Assembly (NCBI GenBank): GCA_002269645.1
Contig: NIVC01002989.1
Coordinates: 1 to 64,000 of the forward strand
Direction of reading: 5' to 3'
Length of the DNA stretch: 64,000 nt
From: Macrostomum lignano
Taxonomy: Eukaryota
In this document: positions 48,685-61,463 of the stretch, piece by piece
Layout: each line of letters starts with the position of its first letter
How positions within the stretch are numbered: position 1 is the stretch's first letter
Notes under the pieces: generated by a model
Database searches by the model: none
What the model saw: the letters and a program-made list of their open reading frames with translations, nothing else
What the model was told of the DNA's origin: nothing
Program-made: the position numbers and the translations under genes

Positions 48685-51600
48685 AATCGATCTCGCCGAT
48701 CCGACCAGCCGTCGGACGAATTCCGCAACAGTCCGGAATGTCCGTACCGGCTCACTGAGGTGTCCACCCATCAGGACTTGGCCAGGCCGCCCGGAGTCTG
48801 GGAGCTGCGCCAGATTGGCGCGCTGGCAAAGACGCGACCCGACGAGTTGACAGCGCCGCCGCCGCCACCGGAAGTGACGTCATCAACGGCGCTGGTGATT
48901 CCCAGACGCGCGGCCGCCTGGTTCAACTACCGCTCCGTGCATCGTATCGAACGGCTGGCCTTTCCCAAGTACTTTACCGCTGGGAGCGGCTGCCGCGGCC
49001 CCGCACTGTACATGGCCTATCGCAACTGCATGATCGATACATATCGGGCCAATCCGCGGAGGCGACTCACGTTGGCTCGCTGCTCTGCTAGACTGCGCGG
49101 CGATATTAAGCAATTAGCTAAGCTGTACTCTTTTCTTGAGCACTGGGGCCTCATTAATCTGCACACGGAGCCCGGCTTGGCCGCTCCGTGTCATCTGTTA
49201 GCTACTAGCTCTGGCTCTACTACTGCTAGTAGTAATAGTAGTGTCCCAGCGAATCACCCGGCATCTCTGCGATTGACCGAATCTATGACGCCGGATGTGG
49301 CCCCGGGCCTGAGAGACTTCGGACCGGTGAGTGTAATTTTGGGTAAACGGCAGGAGTAACTATTATTGTAATATTAAGGCTAAATGCCTCAGCATCTATT
49401 TAGTAGTTTCGGGTGGAATTTTTGCGACTTACCTTGGTGGCTGGGCTCCTCTGCCGGCCAAGTTTTGCGCATGTATGTAATTTTGCGCTTCCTCAGAGGT
49501 CTTGGGAACTTAGTAAAGTTCATTCGCATGTTTATCTCAGTAATTTTTCTTAGAAGTAGTCTAGTTTTTCTTGTTCTAGATATAAGCAAGCCCATATTGA
49601 AATTCCCTATTAGGCACCGTCGATTTCAACAGCCGCCGCCTCGTCATCGACCCGGCCCGGCGCCTCGAGTTTCGGCCTTCGACTCGAACAGGCGGCTTCG
49701 AGTTTCGGCTCCCGCGGCGGCGGTCGCGGCGGCTGGTCGGAGGCGGAGGTCCTGGCCCTGCTGGAGGCTGTTGAGCTCTACGGCGAAGACTGGGCGCGGG
49801 TGGCCGACCGGGTCGGGTCCGGCCGCACCCAGGAAGAGTGCATTGTGCAGATGCTGCGCCTGCCCATTGCCGATCCGTATTTAGATGGTGCCGAGGAGGC
49901 GCTAGGCCCGCTAGCTAGCGCCGATTCTAGTCTGGCGCCATTCTCTAAGGCTGCTAATCCGGCCATGTGCACAGTGGCTTTCCTAGCCAGCTCGGTTGAT
50001 CCTCGGGTTGGCGCAGCCGCCGCTCTGGCCGCGCTAGCTGAGTACGGACGGCTTGACGCCGAAGCTGGCAGCGCCGGCGCGCCTTCCGAAGGGAAGGAAA
50101 AAACGGTGAGGAAGTACTGGGTTCGTGTCTGTTGGGATTAGCGTCAGTGTCTGTTGGGATTAGCGTCAGTGTCTGTTGGGATTAGCGTCAGTGTCTGTTG
50201 GGATTAGCGTCAGTGTCTGTTGGGATTAGCGTCAGTGTCTGTTGGGATTAGCGTCCGTGTCTGTTGGAATTAGCGTCAGGTTCTGTTGGGATTAGCGTCA
50301 GTGCCTGTTGGGATTAGCGTCAGTGTCTGTTGGGATTAGCGTCCGTGTCTGTTGGGATTAGCGTCCGTGTCTGTTGGGATTGGCGTCAGTGTCTGTTGGG
50401 ATTAGCGTCAGTGTCTGTTGGGATTGGCGTCAGTGTCTGTTGGGATTAGCGTCAGTGCCTGTTGGGATTAGCGTCAGTGTCTGTTGGGATTAGCGTCAGT
50501 GTCTGTTGGGATTAGCGTCCGTGTCTGTTAGAATTAGCGTCAGGTTCTGTTGGGATTAGCGTCAGTGCCTGTTGGGATTAGCGTCAGTGTCTGTTGGGAT
50601 TAGCGTCCGTGTCTGTTGGGATTAGCGTCCGTGTCTGTTGGGATTGGCGTCAGTGTCTGTTGGGATTAGCGTCAGTGTCTGTTGGGATTAGCGTCAGTGT
50701 CTGTTGGGATTAGCGTCAGTGTCTGTTGGGATTAGCGTCAGTGTCTGTTGGGATTAGCGTCCGTGTCTGTTGGAATTAGCGTCAGGTTCTGTTGGGATTA
50801 GCGTCAGTGCCTGTTGGGATTAGCGTCAGTGTCTGTTGGGATTAGCGTCCGTGTCTGTTGGGATTAGCGTCCGTGTCTGTTGGAATTAGCGTCAGTGTTT
50901 GTTGGGATTAACGTCAGTGTCTGTTGGAATTAGTGTCCGTGTCTGTTGGGATTAGTGTCCGTGTCTGTTGGGATTAGCGTCAGTGTCTGTTGGGATTAGT
51001 GTCCGTGTCTGTTGGGATTAGCGTCAGTGTCTGTTGGGATTAGCGTCCGTGTCTGTTGGGATTAGCGTCAGTGTCTGTTGGGATTAGTGTCCGTGTCTGT
51101 TGGGATTAGCGTCAGTGTCTGTTGGGATTAGCGTCAGTGTCTGTTGGGATTAGCGTCAGTGTCTGTTGGGATTAGCGTCAGTGCCTGTTGGGATTAGCGT
51201 CAGTGTCTGTTGGGATTAGCGTCCGTGTCTGTTGGGATTAGCGTCAGTGTCTGTTGGGATTAGCGTCAGTGTCTGTTGGGATTAGCGTCAGTGTCTGTTG
51301 GAATTAGCGTCAGTGTCTGTTGGGATTAACGTCAGTGTCTGTTGGAATAGCGTCAGTGTCTGTTGGGATTAGCGTCAGTGTCTGTTGGGATTAGCGTCCG
51401 TGTCTGTTGGAATTAGCGTCAGGTTCTGTTGGGGTTAGCGTCAGTGCCTGTTGGGATTAGCGTCAGTGTCTGTTGGGATTAGCGTCAGAGTCTGTTGGGA
51501 TTAGCGTCAGAGTCTGTTGGGATTAGCGTCCGTGTCTGTTGGGATTAGCGTCAGTGTCTGTTGGGATTAGCGTCAGCTTGCTTTTTTGGGATTGGCGTGT

Positions 51601-52149
51601 TTGTTAGGATTAGTGTCAAAAAACGGATTAGTGTCAGTAACAATTGGATTAGTGTCAGTAAACAATCGGATTAGTCTCATTAATCTCTTGCACCTGCATT
51701 GGCTGCCGCAGGCTGCAGCGGACAGCAAGAAGAAGCCAGCGGCAACCACCGCACAGCTGGAAGCCGCCGCCAGCCGCATTGCTGAGGCGGCTCTGCGCGC
51801 AGGCGCCGAGAAAAGTGCCAGCCTAGCCGAGTCGGAGCGGTCCCGGGTTCGAGCCCTGCTAGCGGTGCTAACTGACGCGCAGATGCGCCGATTGGAGCTG
51901 AAGCTGCGGCACCTGTCGGATCTGGAGGCCCACGTTCAGCGGGAGATCGACAGCGCGGAGGCGCAGTCGCAGCGCGTATTCGAAGAGCGAGTCAGTCTGC
52001 ACGAACAGCTTCAGCGAGAACATCAGCGAATCTTTGAGGAGCAGCAAATGAAACAGCAGAAGCAGCAGCAGCAGCAACAACAGCAGCGTCGGATGCAGCC
52101 GCCGCGATCGCGTCATCGACCTCACCGACCGGGCAGCGATGACGACTGA
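48685..52149 (+). CDS. SMARCC: SWI/SNF subunit SMARCC/Moira/Swi3-like, compact; exons 48685-49326, 49614-50105, 51712-52149; start codon not identified
   Basis: SWIRM (IPRRAAAWFNY...YMAYRNCMIDTYRANP...FLEHWGLIN), SANT (WSEAEVLALLEAVELYGEDWARVA...RTQEECIVQMLRLPIADPYL), PFSKAANPAMCTVAFLASSVDPRV and the C-terminal coiled coil (QMRRLELKLRHLSDLE); phase-0 GT-AG introns join these in frame. Confidence 0.9.
50126..51576. repeat. 22-bp minisatellite (GTGTCTGTTGGGATTAGCGTCA) filling SMARCC intron 2
   Basis: Period 22. Confidence 0.96.
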
Positions 52150-52234
52150 GCTGATGCCGAATGGCCTGAGTTTGTTAAGCTTCATCAACTGATGGAAACT
52201 GATAGAACCCTTCAAACCCCCGAATCATGATACC

Positions 52235-52860
52235 CTTGGAGAATCGGCCTTCAAAATCCTGAATAATCAATCTCTGAAGAATCACCCTTCACACCTTTGA
52301 AGAATCGCCCTTCACAACCTTAAAGAATCGCACTTCACAACCATTGAAAAATCGCCTTTCACACCTCTGAAGAATCGCCCTTCACAACCTTAAAGAATCG
52401 CCCTTCACAACCATTGAAAAATCGCCCTTCACAACCTCTGAAGAATCGCCCTTCACAACCTCTGAAGAATCGCCCTTCACAACCTTTAAAGAATCGCCCT
52501 TCACAACCTCTGAAGAATCGCCCTTCACAACCTCTGAAGAATCGCCCTTCACAACCTCTGAAGAATCGCCCTTCACAACCTTTAAAGAATCGCCCTTCAC
52601 AACCTCTGAAGAATCGCCCTTCACAACCTTTAAAGAATCGCCCTTCACAACCCTTGAAGAATCGCCCTTCACAACCCTTGAAGAATCGCCCTTCACAACC
52701 CTTGAAAAATCGCCTTTCACACCTCTAAAGAATCGCCCTCCGCAACCCTTGAAGAATCGCCCTTCACAACCCTTGAAAAATCGCCTTTCACGCCTCTAAA
52801 GAATCGCCCTCCGCAACCCTTGAAGAATCGCCCTTCGCAACCCCTGAAGAATGGCCTCTG
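52235..52860. repeat. 24-bp minisatellite (TGAAGAATCGCCCTTCACAACCTC)
   Basis: Direct inspection. Confidence 0.93.
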
Positions 52861-53169
52861 AACCCTCAAAAGAAATCCTAGCTTATGCTATTGTTGTGTC
52901 GCGTGTGTTTCAGCGTGAAAATCTTATTATATAGTTAATAATTGTATTTATCTTTATTGTTTAATTTGACATTTTCTAATTTATGACTGCTCGGCGCTCA
53001 GTCGCTAGTCACAGTAATGCACTTAGGCAATGTTAAAATGTTTATAGCTCGAAATGTTTCGCCTATTACAAGTGCGAATGTACAGTTTTTAGAAGTAACT
53101 GTCGTGTTATTTCAATAAAGTTACCATTTATGGCTTTTTTTTCAAATATTAGTTTAGAATCATTCATAG

Positions 53170-55572
53170 TGTTAGTGTCAGAATCTGCAGGATTAGTGTC
53201 AGTATGTGTAGAATTAGTGTCAGAATCTGCAGGATTAGTGTCAGTGTCTGCAGGATTAGTGTCAGTAACTGCAGGATTAGTGTCAGAATCTGTAGAATTA
53301 GTGTCAGTGTCTGCAGGATTAGTGTCAGTAATTGCAGGATTAGTGTCAGTATCTGCAGGATTAGTGTCAGTATCTGTAGAATTAGTGTCAGAATCTGCAG
53401 GATTAGTGTCAGTGTCTGCAGGATTAGTGTCAGTGTCTGCAGGATTAGTGTCAGTGTCTGCAGGATTAGTGTCAGTGTCTGCAGGATTAGTGTCAGTGTC
53501 TGCAGGATTAGTGTCAGTGTCTGCAGGATTAGTGTCAGTGTCTGCAGGATTAGTGTCAGTATCTGCAGGATTAGTGTCAGTATCTGTAGAATTAGTGTCA
53601 GAATCTGCAGGATTAGTGTCAGTGTCTACAGGATTAGTGTCAGTATCTGCAGGATTAGTGTCAGTATCTGTAGAATTAGTGTCAGAATCTGCAGGATTAG
53701 TGTCAGTGTCTGCAGGATTAGTGTCCGTGTCTGCAGGATTAGTGTCAGTGTCTGCAGGATTAGTGTCAGTGTCTGCAGGATTAGTGTCAGTATCTGTAGA
53801 ATTAGTGTCAGTGTCTGCAGGATTAGTGTCAGTGTCTGCAGGATTAGTGTCAGTATCTGTAGGATTAGTGTCAGTGTCTGCAGGATTAGTGTCAGTGTCT
53901 GCAGGATTAGTGTCAGTATCTGTAGAATTAGTGTCAGAATCTGCAGGATTAGTGTCAGTGTCTGCAGGATTAGTGTCAGTGTCTGCAGGATTAGTGTCAG
54001 TGTCTGCAGGATTAGTGTCAGTGTCTGCAGGATTAGTGTCAGTATCTGTAGAATTAGTGTCAGTGTCTGCAGGATTAGTGTCAGTGTCTGCAGGATTAGT
54101 GTCAGTAACTGCAGGATTAGTGTCAGTATCTGCAGGATTAGTGTCATTATCTGTAGAATTAGTGTCAGAATCTACAGGATTAGTGTCAGAATCTACAGGA
54201 TTAGTGTCAGAATCTACAGGATTAGTGTCAGAATCTACAGGATTAGTGTCAGAATCTGCAGGATTAGTGTCAGGGTCTGCAGGATTAGTGTCAGTAACTG
54301 CAGGATTAGTGTCAGTATCTGTAGGATTAGTGTCAGTGTCTGCAGGATTAGTGTCAGTGTCTGCAGGATTAGTGTCAGAATCTGCAGGATTAGTGTCAGT
54401 GTCTGCAGGATTAGTGTCAGTGTCTGTAGGATTAGTGTCAGAATCTGCAGGATTAGTGTCAGAATCTGCAGGATTAGTGTCAGTATCTGTAGGATTAGTG
54501 TCAGTGTCTGCAGGTTTAGTGTCAGTGTCTGCAGGATTAGTGTCAGAATCTGCAGGATTAGTGTCAGTGTCTGCAGGATTAGTGTCAGTGTCTGCAGGAT
54601 TAGTGTCAGTATCTGCAGGATTAGTGTCAGTGTCTGCAGGTTTAGTGTCAGTGTCTGCAGGATTAGTGTCAGTGTCTGCAGGATTAGTGTCAGAATCTGT
54701 AGGATTAGTGTCAGAATCTGCAGGATTAGTGTCAGAATCTGCAGGATTAGTGTCAGTATCTGTAGGATTAGTGTCAGAATCTGCAGGATTAGTGTCAGTG
54801 TCTGCAGGATTAGTGTCTATCTGCAGGATTAGTGTCAGTGTCTGCAGGTTTAGTGTCAGTGTCTGCAGGATTAGTGTCAGTGTCTGCAGGATTAGTGTCA
54901 GTGTCTGCAGGATTAGTGTCAGAATCTGTAGTATTAGTGTCAGTATCTGCAGGATTAGTGTCAGTATCTGCATGATTAGTGTCAGAATCTGCAGGATTAG
55001 TGTCAGTGTCTGCAGGATTAGTGTCAGTGTCTGCAGGATTAGTGTCAGAATCTGCAGGATTAGTGTCAGTGTCTGCAGGATTAGTGTCAGTATCTGTAGA
55101 ATTAGTGTCAGTGTCTGCAGGATTAGTGTCAGTGTCTGCAGGATTAGTGTCAGTATCTGTAGAATTAGTGTCAGTGTCTGCAGGATTAGTGTCAGTGTCT
55201 GCAGGATTAGTGTCAGTGTCTGCAGGTTTAGTGTCAGTGTCTGCAGGATTAGTGTCAGAATCTGTAGGATTAGTGTCAGAATCTGCAGGATTAGTGTCAG
55301 TGTCTGCAGGATTAGTGTCAGAATCTGCAGGATTAGTGTCAGTGTCTGCAGGATTAGTGTCAGTGTCTGCAGGATTAGTGTCAGAATCTGTAGGATTAGT
55401 GTCAGAATCTGCAGGATTAGTGTCAGAATCTGTAGAATTAGTGTCAGTGTCTGCATGATTAGTGTCAGAATCTGCAGGATTAGTGTCAGAATCTGCAGGA
55501 TTAGTGTCTATCTGCAGGATTAGTGTCAGTGTCTGCAGGTTTAGTGTCAGTGTCTGCAGGATTAGTGTCAGT
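53170..55572. repeat. 21-bp minisatellite (GGATTAGTGTCAGTGTCTGCA), ~114 copies
   Basis: Direct inspection. Confidence 0.96.
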
Positions 55573-55670
55573 AAGCAATCGCATTAGCGTCAGTATCTGT
55601 CATATGTGCACTTATAACTCAATGGTCCAATCTCTGCTATTCAGCCTCTCAAATCCCAACTGGTGAATCC

Positions 55671-58600
55671 ATGGCCACCCTATTGTGCGAATCACCCATT
55701 CCTTCTCTGCCGGATTTGCCTGGAACTGCGGCAATCGCTGCGGCGGGGGCGTCGGCAACCGACGGCCAGCCATTCTCTTCCATAGCGCTATTCGAATGCA
55801 CCATACACAATGCTCAAATGCTGCTTGAGTCGATGGAGCTGGCCGACTTGGTTCTGGCATTGAGAATAGTTTCTCAACTGCACGGCAGATTAGTTGAATG
55901 CGTGGAGCCTTCGGCTAGTAGGATAATCCGCTTAGCCGAATTGTACAGCAATAAGCAGCAATCCGATGCCAGCGTCGAGGTCAAATCAATGTCGGCAACA
56001 CCAAAGAGCGGCGGCGGCAGTGGCGTTTCTCTGAAGAGAAACGGTCGGCGCTCGTCAACATCGACCAACAATTCGCAGGCAGTTGGCAGGGCCGCTAAAC
56101 CAGCCTCGGTGACGCCCGCTGTGGCTAAATTAAAATCACCCTCTGCTGGCTCCAATTCGAAAGCTACTCCTAGTTCTGCTACTCATAGTAGCGGCTCGCG
56201 CTTGTCTAGGCGTCGGTATTCCGCTGCGGTTAGCAGCGCTTTGGCTTCGACTGCTGCGGCCGCGGCTGCGGCTACCCCTAGCAGCTCTTCTGTCAGGGAC
56301 AGCGCAACCAAAGGCCTGTCGGACAGCTGGAAACAGCTGCTAAGGCGGGCTTACAGACTGCTGCAGTCTGATGGCCAGGAGCTCTTCGACTTTACCAAGT
56401 CGTGAGTCACGGTTTGGGTGGGGTCAGTGGCTGTGGATTGGGGTCAGTGGCTGTGGATTGGGGTCAGTGGCTGTGGATTGCGGTCAGTGGCTGTGGATTG
56501 TGGTCAGTGGCTGTGGATTGCGGTCAGTGGCTGTGGATTGGGGTCAGTGGCTGTGGATTGGGGTCAGTGGCTGTGGATTGGGGTCAGTGGCTGGGGATTG
56601 GGGTCAGTGGATGTGGATTGTGGTCAGTGGCTGTGGATTGGGGTCAGTGGCTGTGGATTGGGGTCAGTGGCTGTGGATTGTGGTCAGTGGCTGTTGATTG
56701 GGGTCAGTGGCTGTGGATTGGGGTCAGTGGCTGTGGATTGCGGTCAGTGGCTGTGGATTGGGGTCAGTGGCTGGGGATTGTGGTCAGTGGCTGTGGATTG
56801 GGGTCAGTGGCTGTGGATTGGGGTCAGTGGCTGTGGATTGTGGTCAGTGGCTGTTGATTGGGGTCAGTGGCTGTGGATTGGGGTCAGTGGCTGTGGATTG
56901 GGGTCAGTGGCTGTGGATTGGGGTCAGTGGCTGTGGATTGTGGTCAGTAGCTGTGGATTGGAGTCAGTATCCATGGATGTGCATCTGGGAGCGATTGAGT
57001 TACAAGTGTGTTAATTAAGAATTGAGAAATTGAGAAATGAGAATTGAGAAAAAGTGTGTCATGAAGAGATTGAATGTGTCAGGAAGAGATTGAGTGTGTC
57101 AGGAAGAGATTGAGTGTGTCAGGAAGAGATTGAGTGTGTCAGGAAGAGATTGAGTGTGTCAGGAAGAGATTGAGTGTGTCAGGAAGAGATTGAGTGTGTC
57201 AGGAAGAGATTGAGTGTGTTAGGAAGAGATTGAGTGTGTCAGGAAGAGATTGAGTGTGTCAGGAAGAGATTGAGTGTGTCAGGAAGAGATTGAGTGTGTC
57301 AGGAAGAGATTGAGTGTGTCAGGAAGAGATTGAGTTTGTCAGGAAGAGATTGAGTGTGTCAGGCAGCCTATTATATTGCTCAAGCTAAGCAGCAGTTGAC
57401 TATCGCCCTACATCAGGTACTCTGCCCCTGGTAACCGAGCAGCAGCTGAGATTATTATCAATCGCGCAGTGGCTATGAGTGCTAAACCGACGCCCGATGT
57501 GAAGTCTTGGAAGAGTGAGTACACTCATGTCACTAGCTTAGTCTTAGTTCCTCACCTGGGCTTCTTACGAGAGCTTGCATCATCTCACAATAATGGTTGC
57601 AGACCTGTTTACGCGCTACCTGGAGCAGTGGTATCGGAAAACTTTAAAACCGACTCACTGCAAATCTGCTTGTCGTGTTCAGATGTCTATGGACAAGGTG
57701 AGTTGTGTTGGTTAAGATTAGTTACCTGTAGTAGTCAGTTTGTCAGTTTGTCAGCAGTCAGTTTGTCAGCAATCAGTTTGTCAGCAGTCAGTTTGTCAGC
57801 AGTCAGTTTGTCAGTTTGTCAGCAGTCAGTTTGTCAGCAGTCAGTTTGTCAGCAGTCAGTTTGTCAGCAGTCAGTTTGTCAGCAGTCGGTTTGTCAGCAG
57901 TCAGTTTATCAGCAGTCAGTTTGTCAGCAGTCAGTTTGTCAGCAGTCAGTTTGTCAGCAGTCGGTTTGTCAGCAGTCAGTTTGTCAGCAGTCAGTTTGTC
58001 AGCAGTCAGTTTGTCAGCAGTCAGTTTTTCAGCAGTCGGTTTGTCAGCAGTCAGTTTGTCAGCAGTCAGTTTGTCAGCAGTCGGTTTGTCAGCAGTCAGT
58101 TTGTCAGCAGTCAGTTTGTCAGCAGTCAGTTTGTCAGCAGTCAGTTTTTCAGCAGTCGGTTTGTCAGCAGTCAGTTTGTCAGCAGTCGGTTTGTCAGCAG
58201 TCGGTTTGTCAGCAGTCAGTTTGTCAGCAGTCAGTTTGTCAGCAGTCGGTTTGTCAGCAGTCAGTTTTTTAGCAGTCGGTTTGTCAGCAGTCAGTTTGTC
58301 AGCAGTCAGTTTGTCAGCAGTCAGTTTGTCAGCAGTCAGTTTTTCAGCAGTCGGTTTGTCAGCAGTCAGTTTGTCAGCAGTCAGTTTGTCAGCAGTCGGT
58401 TTGTCAGCAGTCAGTTTGTCAGCAGTCAGTTTGTCAGTTGACACGTTAGTCCCGCCAATCCCCCCTCTCCGCAGAAGCTGTCGCAGCGCCGCCGCAGCCT
58501 GCAGAGCCTGCTGGCGCTGAACCGCCTCTCCCCGGCTACCGGCGACCGAATGGCCGCCCTGGTCGAGCGCGACATGGTTAGCTCGGACGAAGAGGAGCCG

Positions 58601-58981
58601 GACGGCTGCCTGTACGTGAAACTGCTGCCGTGGGAGACGCTGGAATCGGCCAGGCTGAAGTCAATCCTAGACGGCCACTTTGCCGAAGAATTATCCGACG
58701 AACGCGAGAAAGCTGAGCTGGCCAGAGTCAGGCGGCATCCCGGATACGTGAGCAGCAGGCGGGCTCCGGTGGATGCTCCTGACTGGGCCGTGGACCGGTC
58801 CGAGAGCGCCAGCGCCGCGGCTGTGGCTGCCGCCGCCGCCCATCACGCCGAGGCGGCCACCGCGCCGGCCTGGGCCCGACCGGCGGATCCGGACGATCTG
58901 AACGGCTGCGCCGAGGACGACGATGACGAAGATATTATTGATGAAGCGTCTAGATTAGAGGCTGGATCTATCCTTGGATGA
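55671..58981 (+). CDS. Paralogue A, 476 aa, C14orf93/DUF4616-like; exons 55671-56401, 57417-57514, 57603-57697, 58475-58981
   Basis: GT-AG introns with matching phases 2, 1, 0 give one ORF (...LFDFTKS-YSAPGNRAAA...SWK-NLFTRYLEQWYRKTLKPT...MDK-KLSQRRRSL...MVSSDEEE...YVKLLPWE...RLKSILD...SSRRAPVDAPDWA); co-linear homology to paralogue B supports the exons; the family label is recalled similarity only. Confidence 0.8.
56420..56965. repeat. 20-bp minisatellite (GGGTCAGTGGCTGTGGATTG) in paralogue A intron 1
   Basis: Direct inspection. Confidence 0.95.
57056..57363. repeat. 20-bp minisatellite (GTGTCAGGAAGAGATTGAGT) in paralogue A intron 1
   Basis: Direct inspection. Confidence 0.95.
57735..58440. 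repeat. 15-bp minisatellite (AGCAGTCAGTTTGTC) in paralogue A intron 3
   Basis: Direct inspection. Confidence 0.95.
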
Positions 58982-59275
58982 GCTGCATCCATGGGTCTGT
59001 CTCTAATTAGAGACACCTTAGTTACAAGGTGCTGCAAATTTACCTAATTTAACAGTTTACATGCTGGGTCAAGTGTAGATTTATGTAATAATATATTATT
59101 TGCATTTTATTGTCTGTGCATCTTTTTCTCCTCTGACAATGCCCCCTCTGCCACCAGTCGAAAGTTAACCGAATCCGAGTTGCTATGCGCTTGATACTGT
59201 TTTTTATTCTTATTTATGTGGATTTGTGTGAATGTTTCATAATAATAAATACTGTTCTGCTAGAGTTCAAATTTT

Positions 59276-59506
59276 GGCTAGATTAGCAATCCATTACAGT
59301 TTCTTGGCTAGATTAGCAATCCATTACAGTTTTTTTGGCTAGATTAGCAATCCATTACAGTTTTTTGGCTAGATTAGCAATCCATTACAGTTTTTTGGCT
59401 AGATTAGCAATCCATTACAGTTTCTTGGCTAGATTAGCAATCCATTACAGTTTTTTGGCTAGATTAGCAATCCTTTACAGTGTTTGGCTAGATTAGCAAT
59501 CCATTT
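59276..59506. repeat. ~30-bp minisatellite (GGCTAGATTAGCAATCCATTACAGTTTYTT)
   Basis: Direct inspection. Confidence 0.93.
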
Positions 59507-59789
59507 CTGACTAGCTTACACAGAAAGTTCCTTTTAGTTTCTGTATTCCCGGGAAATGTTTCAATACTGTAAAAATGTACTTTGTTCACTATGTCTAATG
59601 CTGTCAGGTATGTACTTTTACTGCTGCATACAGTTTTAATTTTTACAGCGATTTCTTATTGGCTCGTTTTAATTAAAAATCAGTTTTCATAATTTCCGGA
59701 AACTATGATTGTGTCTGCGCCTTACTACCTGTTTGCACTTTCATTAGTTTGCACTTTTGTGGTAATTTGGCTTAGGTACCTAATCTGAT

Positions 59790-60625
59790 CCACTGAAGCA
59801 TTGGGGGGGCAGTGACCCACTGAAGCATTAGGGGGGGCAGTGACCCAGCATTGGTGGAGCAGTGATCCACTGAAGTATTGGTGGGGCAGTGATCCACTGA
59901 AGTATTGGGGGGGGGCAGTGATCCACTGAAGTATTGGGGGGCAGTGACCCACTGAAGTATTGGGGGGGGCAGTGATCCACTGAAGTATTGGGGGGGGAGC
60001 AGTGATCCACTGAAGTATTGGGGGGCAGTGATCCACTGAAGAATTGGGGGGGGCAGTGATCCACTGAAGTATTGGGGGGGCAGTGATCCACTGAAGTATT
60101 GGGGGGGCAGTGACCCACTGAAGTATTGGGGGGGGGCAGTGACCCACTGAAGTATTGAGGGGGGGGCAGTGACTCACTGAAGTATTGGGGGGGCAGTGAC
60201 TCACTAAAGTATTGGGGGCAGTGACTCACTGAAGTATTGGGGGGGCAGTGACTCACTGAAGTATTGGGGGGGCAGTGACCCAATGAAGTATTAGGGGGGG
60301 GCAGTGACTCACTGAAGTATTGGGGGGGGCAGTGACCCACTGAAGTATTGGGGGGGCAGTGACTCACTGAAGTATTGGGGGGGCAGTGACTCACTGAAGT
60401 ATTGGGGGGCAGTGACTCACTGAAGTATTGGTGGGGCAGTGACTCACTGAAGTATTGGGGGGCAGTGACTCACTGAAGTATTGGGGGGGGCAGTGACTCA
60501 CTGAAGTATTGGGGGGGCAGTGACTCACTGAAGTATTGGGGGGGCAGTGACTCACTGAAATTATGGGGGGGGGCAGTGACCCACTGAAGTACTGGTGGGG
60601 GCAGTGACTCACTGAAGTATTGGGG
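59790..60625. repeat. ~24-27-bp minisatellite (G-run + CAGTGA[C/T][T/C]CACTG + AAGTATT)
   Basis: Direct inspection; G-run length varies between units. Confidence 0.95.
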
Positions 60626-61225
60626 TGTGGGGTACTGTTTTCTGGTTTCTAATGAGCTTCTGTGTATTCTGTCATTAATTTTTCATTACGTTACTTTTGT
60701 ATAGTTAATTTCTAATAAAAATCGTAGTAATCGATAGGTTTGTATTCGTTTTATATTCTACTATTATTATATCTAAGCCAGAAATTCATTATGCCTTTAA
60801 ACGTGCAGGTAAGGCTGATCTATACTTGCATGACAATGAAGTTCACTTTGCAACCATTAGCTTTTTATATACACTTATTGCTGTGACGTCATATTGTGCT
60901 TATCTGATGGCCCTTCCTGTATGCCCTATCTTTTACGCTTATATATAAATTCAATATTAATTGTTAACTGTTAATTGCTTGAGTGAATTCTTTTCTATTA
61001 AACCAAGCCAGTCTTATATAATAGCCTGTCCAAATGTGCTTGCACATTTATTGTACATAGGCCTGCAACTTCCATGCCTTGCACCATTACTCACTTGAGT
61101 CCTTGACTGCCCGATTAAATTTGTCCACAGTCTGACTTGTTCATGATTTACAATTCACATTGGCTTCTGCTTTTAATCTTTTATCATTCGCTTCAGGTTT
61201 TTCTAAACATATTTCTGATTGAAAG

Positions 61226-61246
61226 GCAGACGTGCAGACAGACAGG

Positions 61247-61324
<78 letters not shown>

Positions 61325-61412
61325 CTAAGACAGACACTAAGACAGACACTAAGACAGACAGACAGACAGACAGACAGACTGACTGACTGACTGACTGACT
61401 GACTGACTGACT

Positions 61413-61463
<51 letters not shown>

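Noticed and set aside
49389-49595. Antisense exon in SMARCC intron 1 ending at a CAAG|GTAAGT donor
   Set aside because: The donor lies within the duplicated noncoding segment, and no partner exons or domain were found
53066-55523. ~800-aa ORFs on both strands (DTNPADT / SAGLVSV repeats)
   Set aside because: A 21-bp unit lacking stops in some frames; related to the clearly intronic 22-mer array
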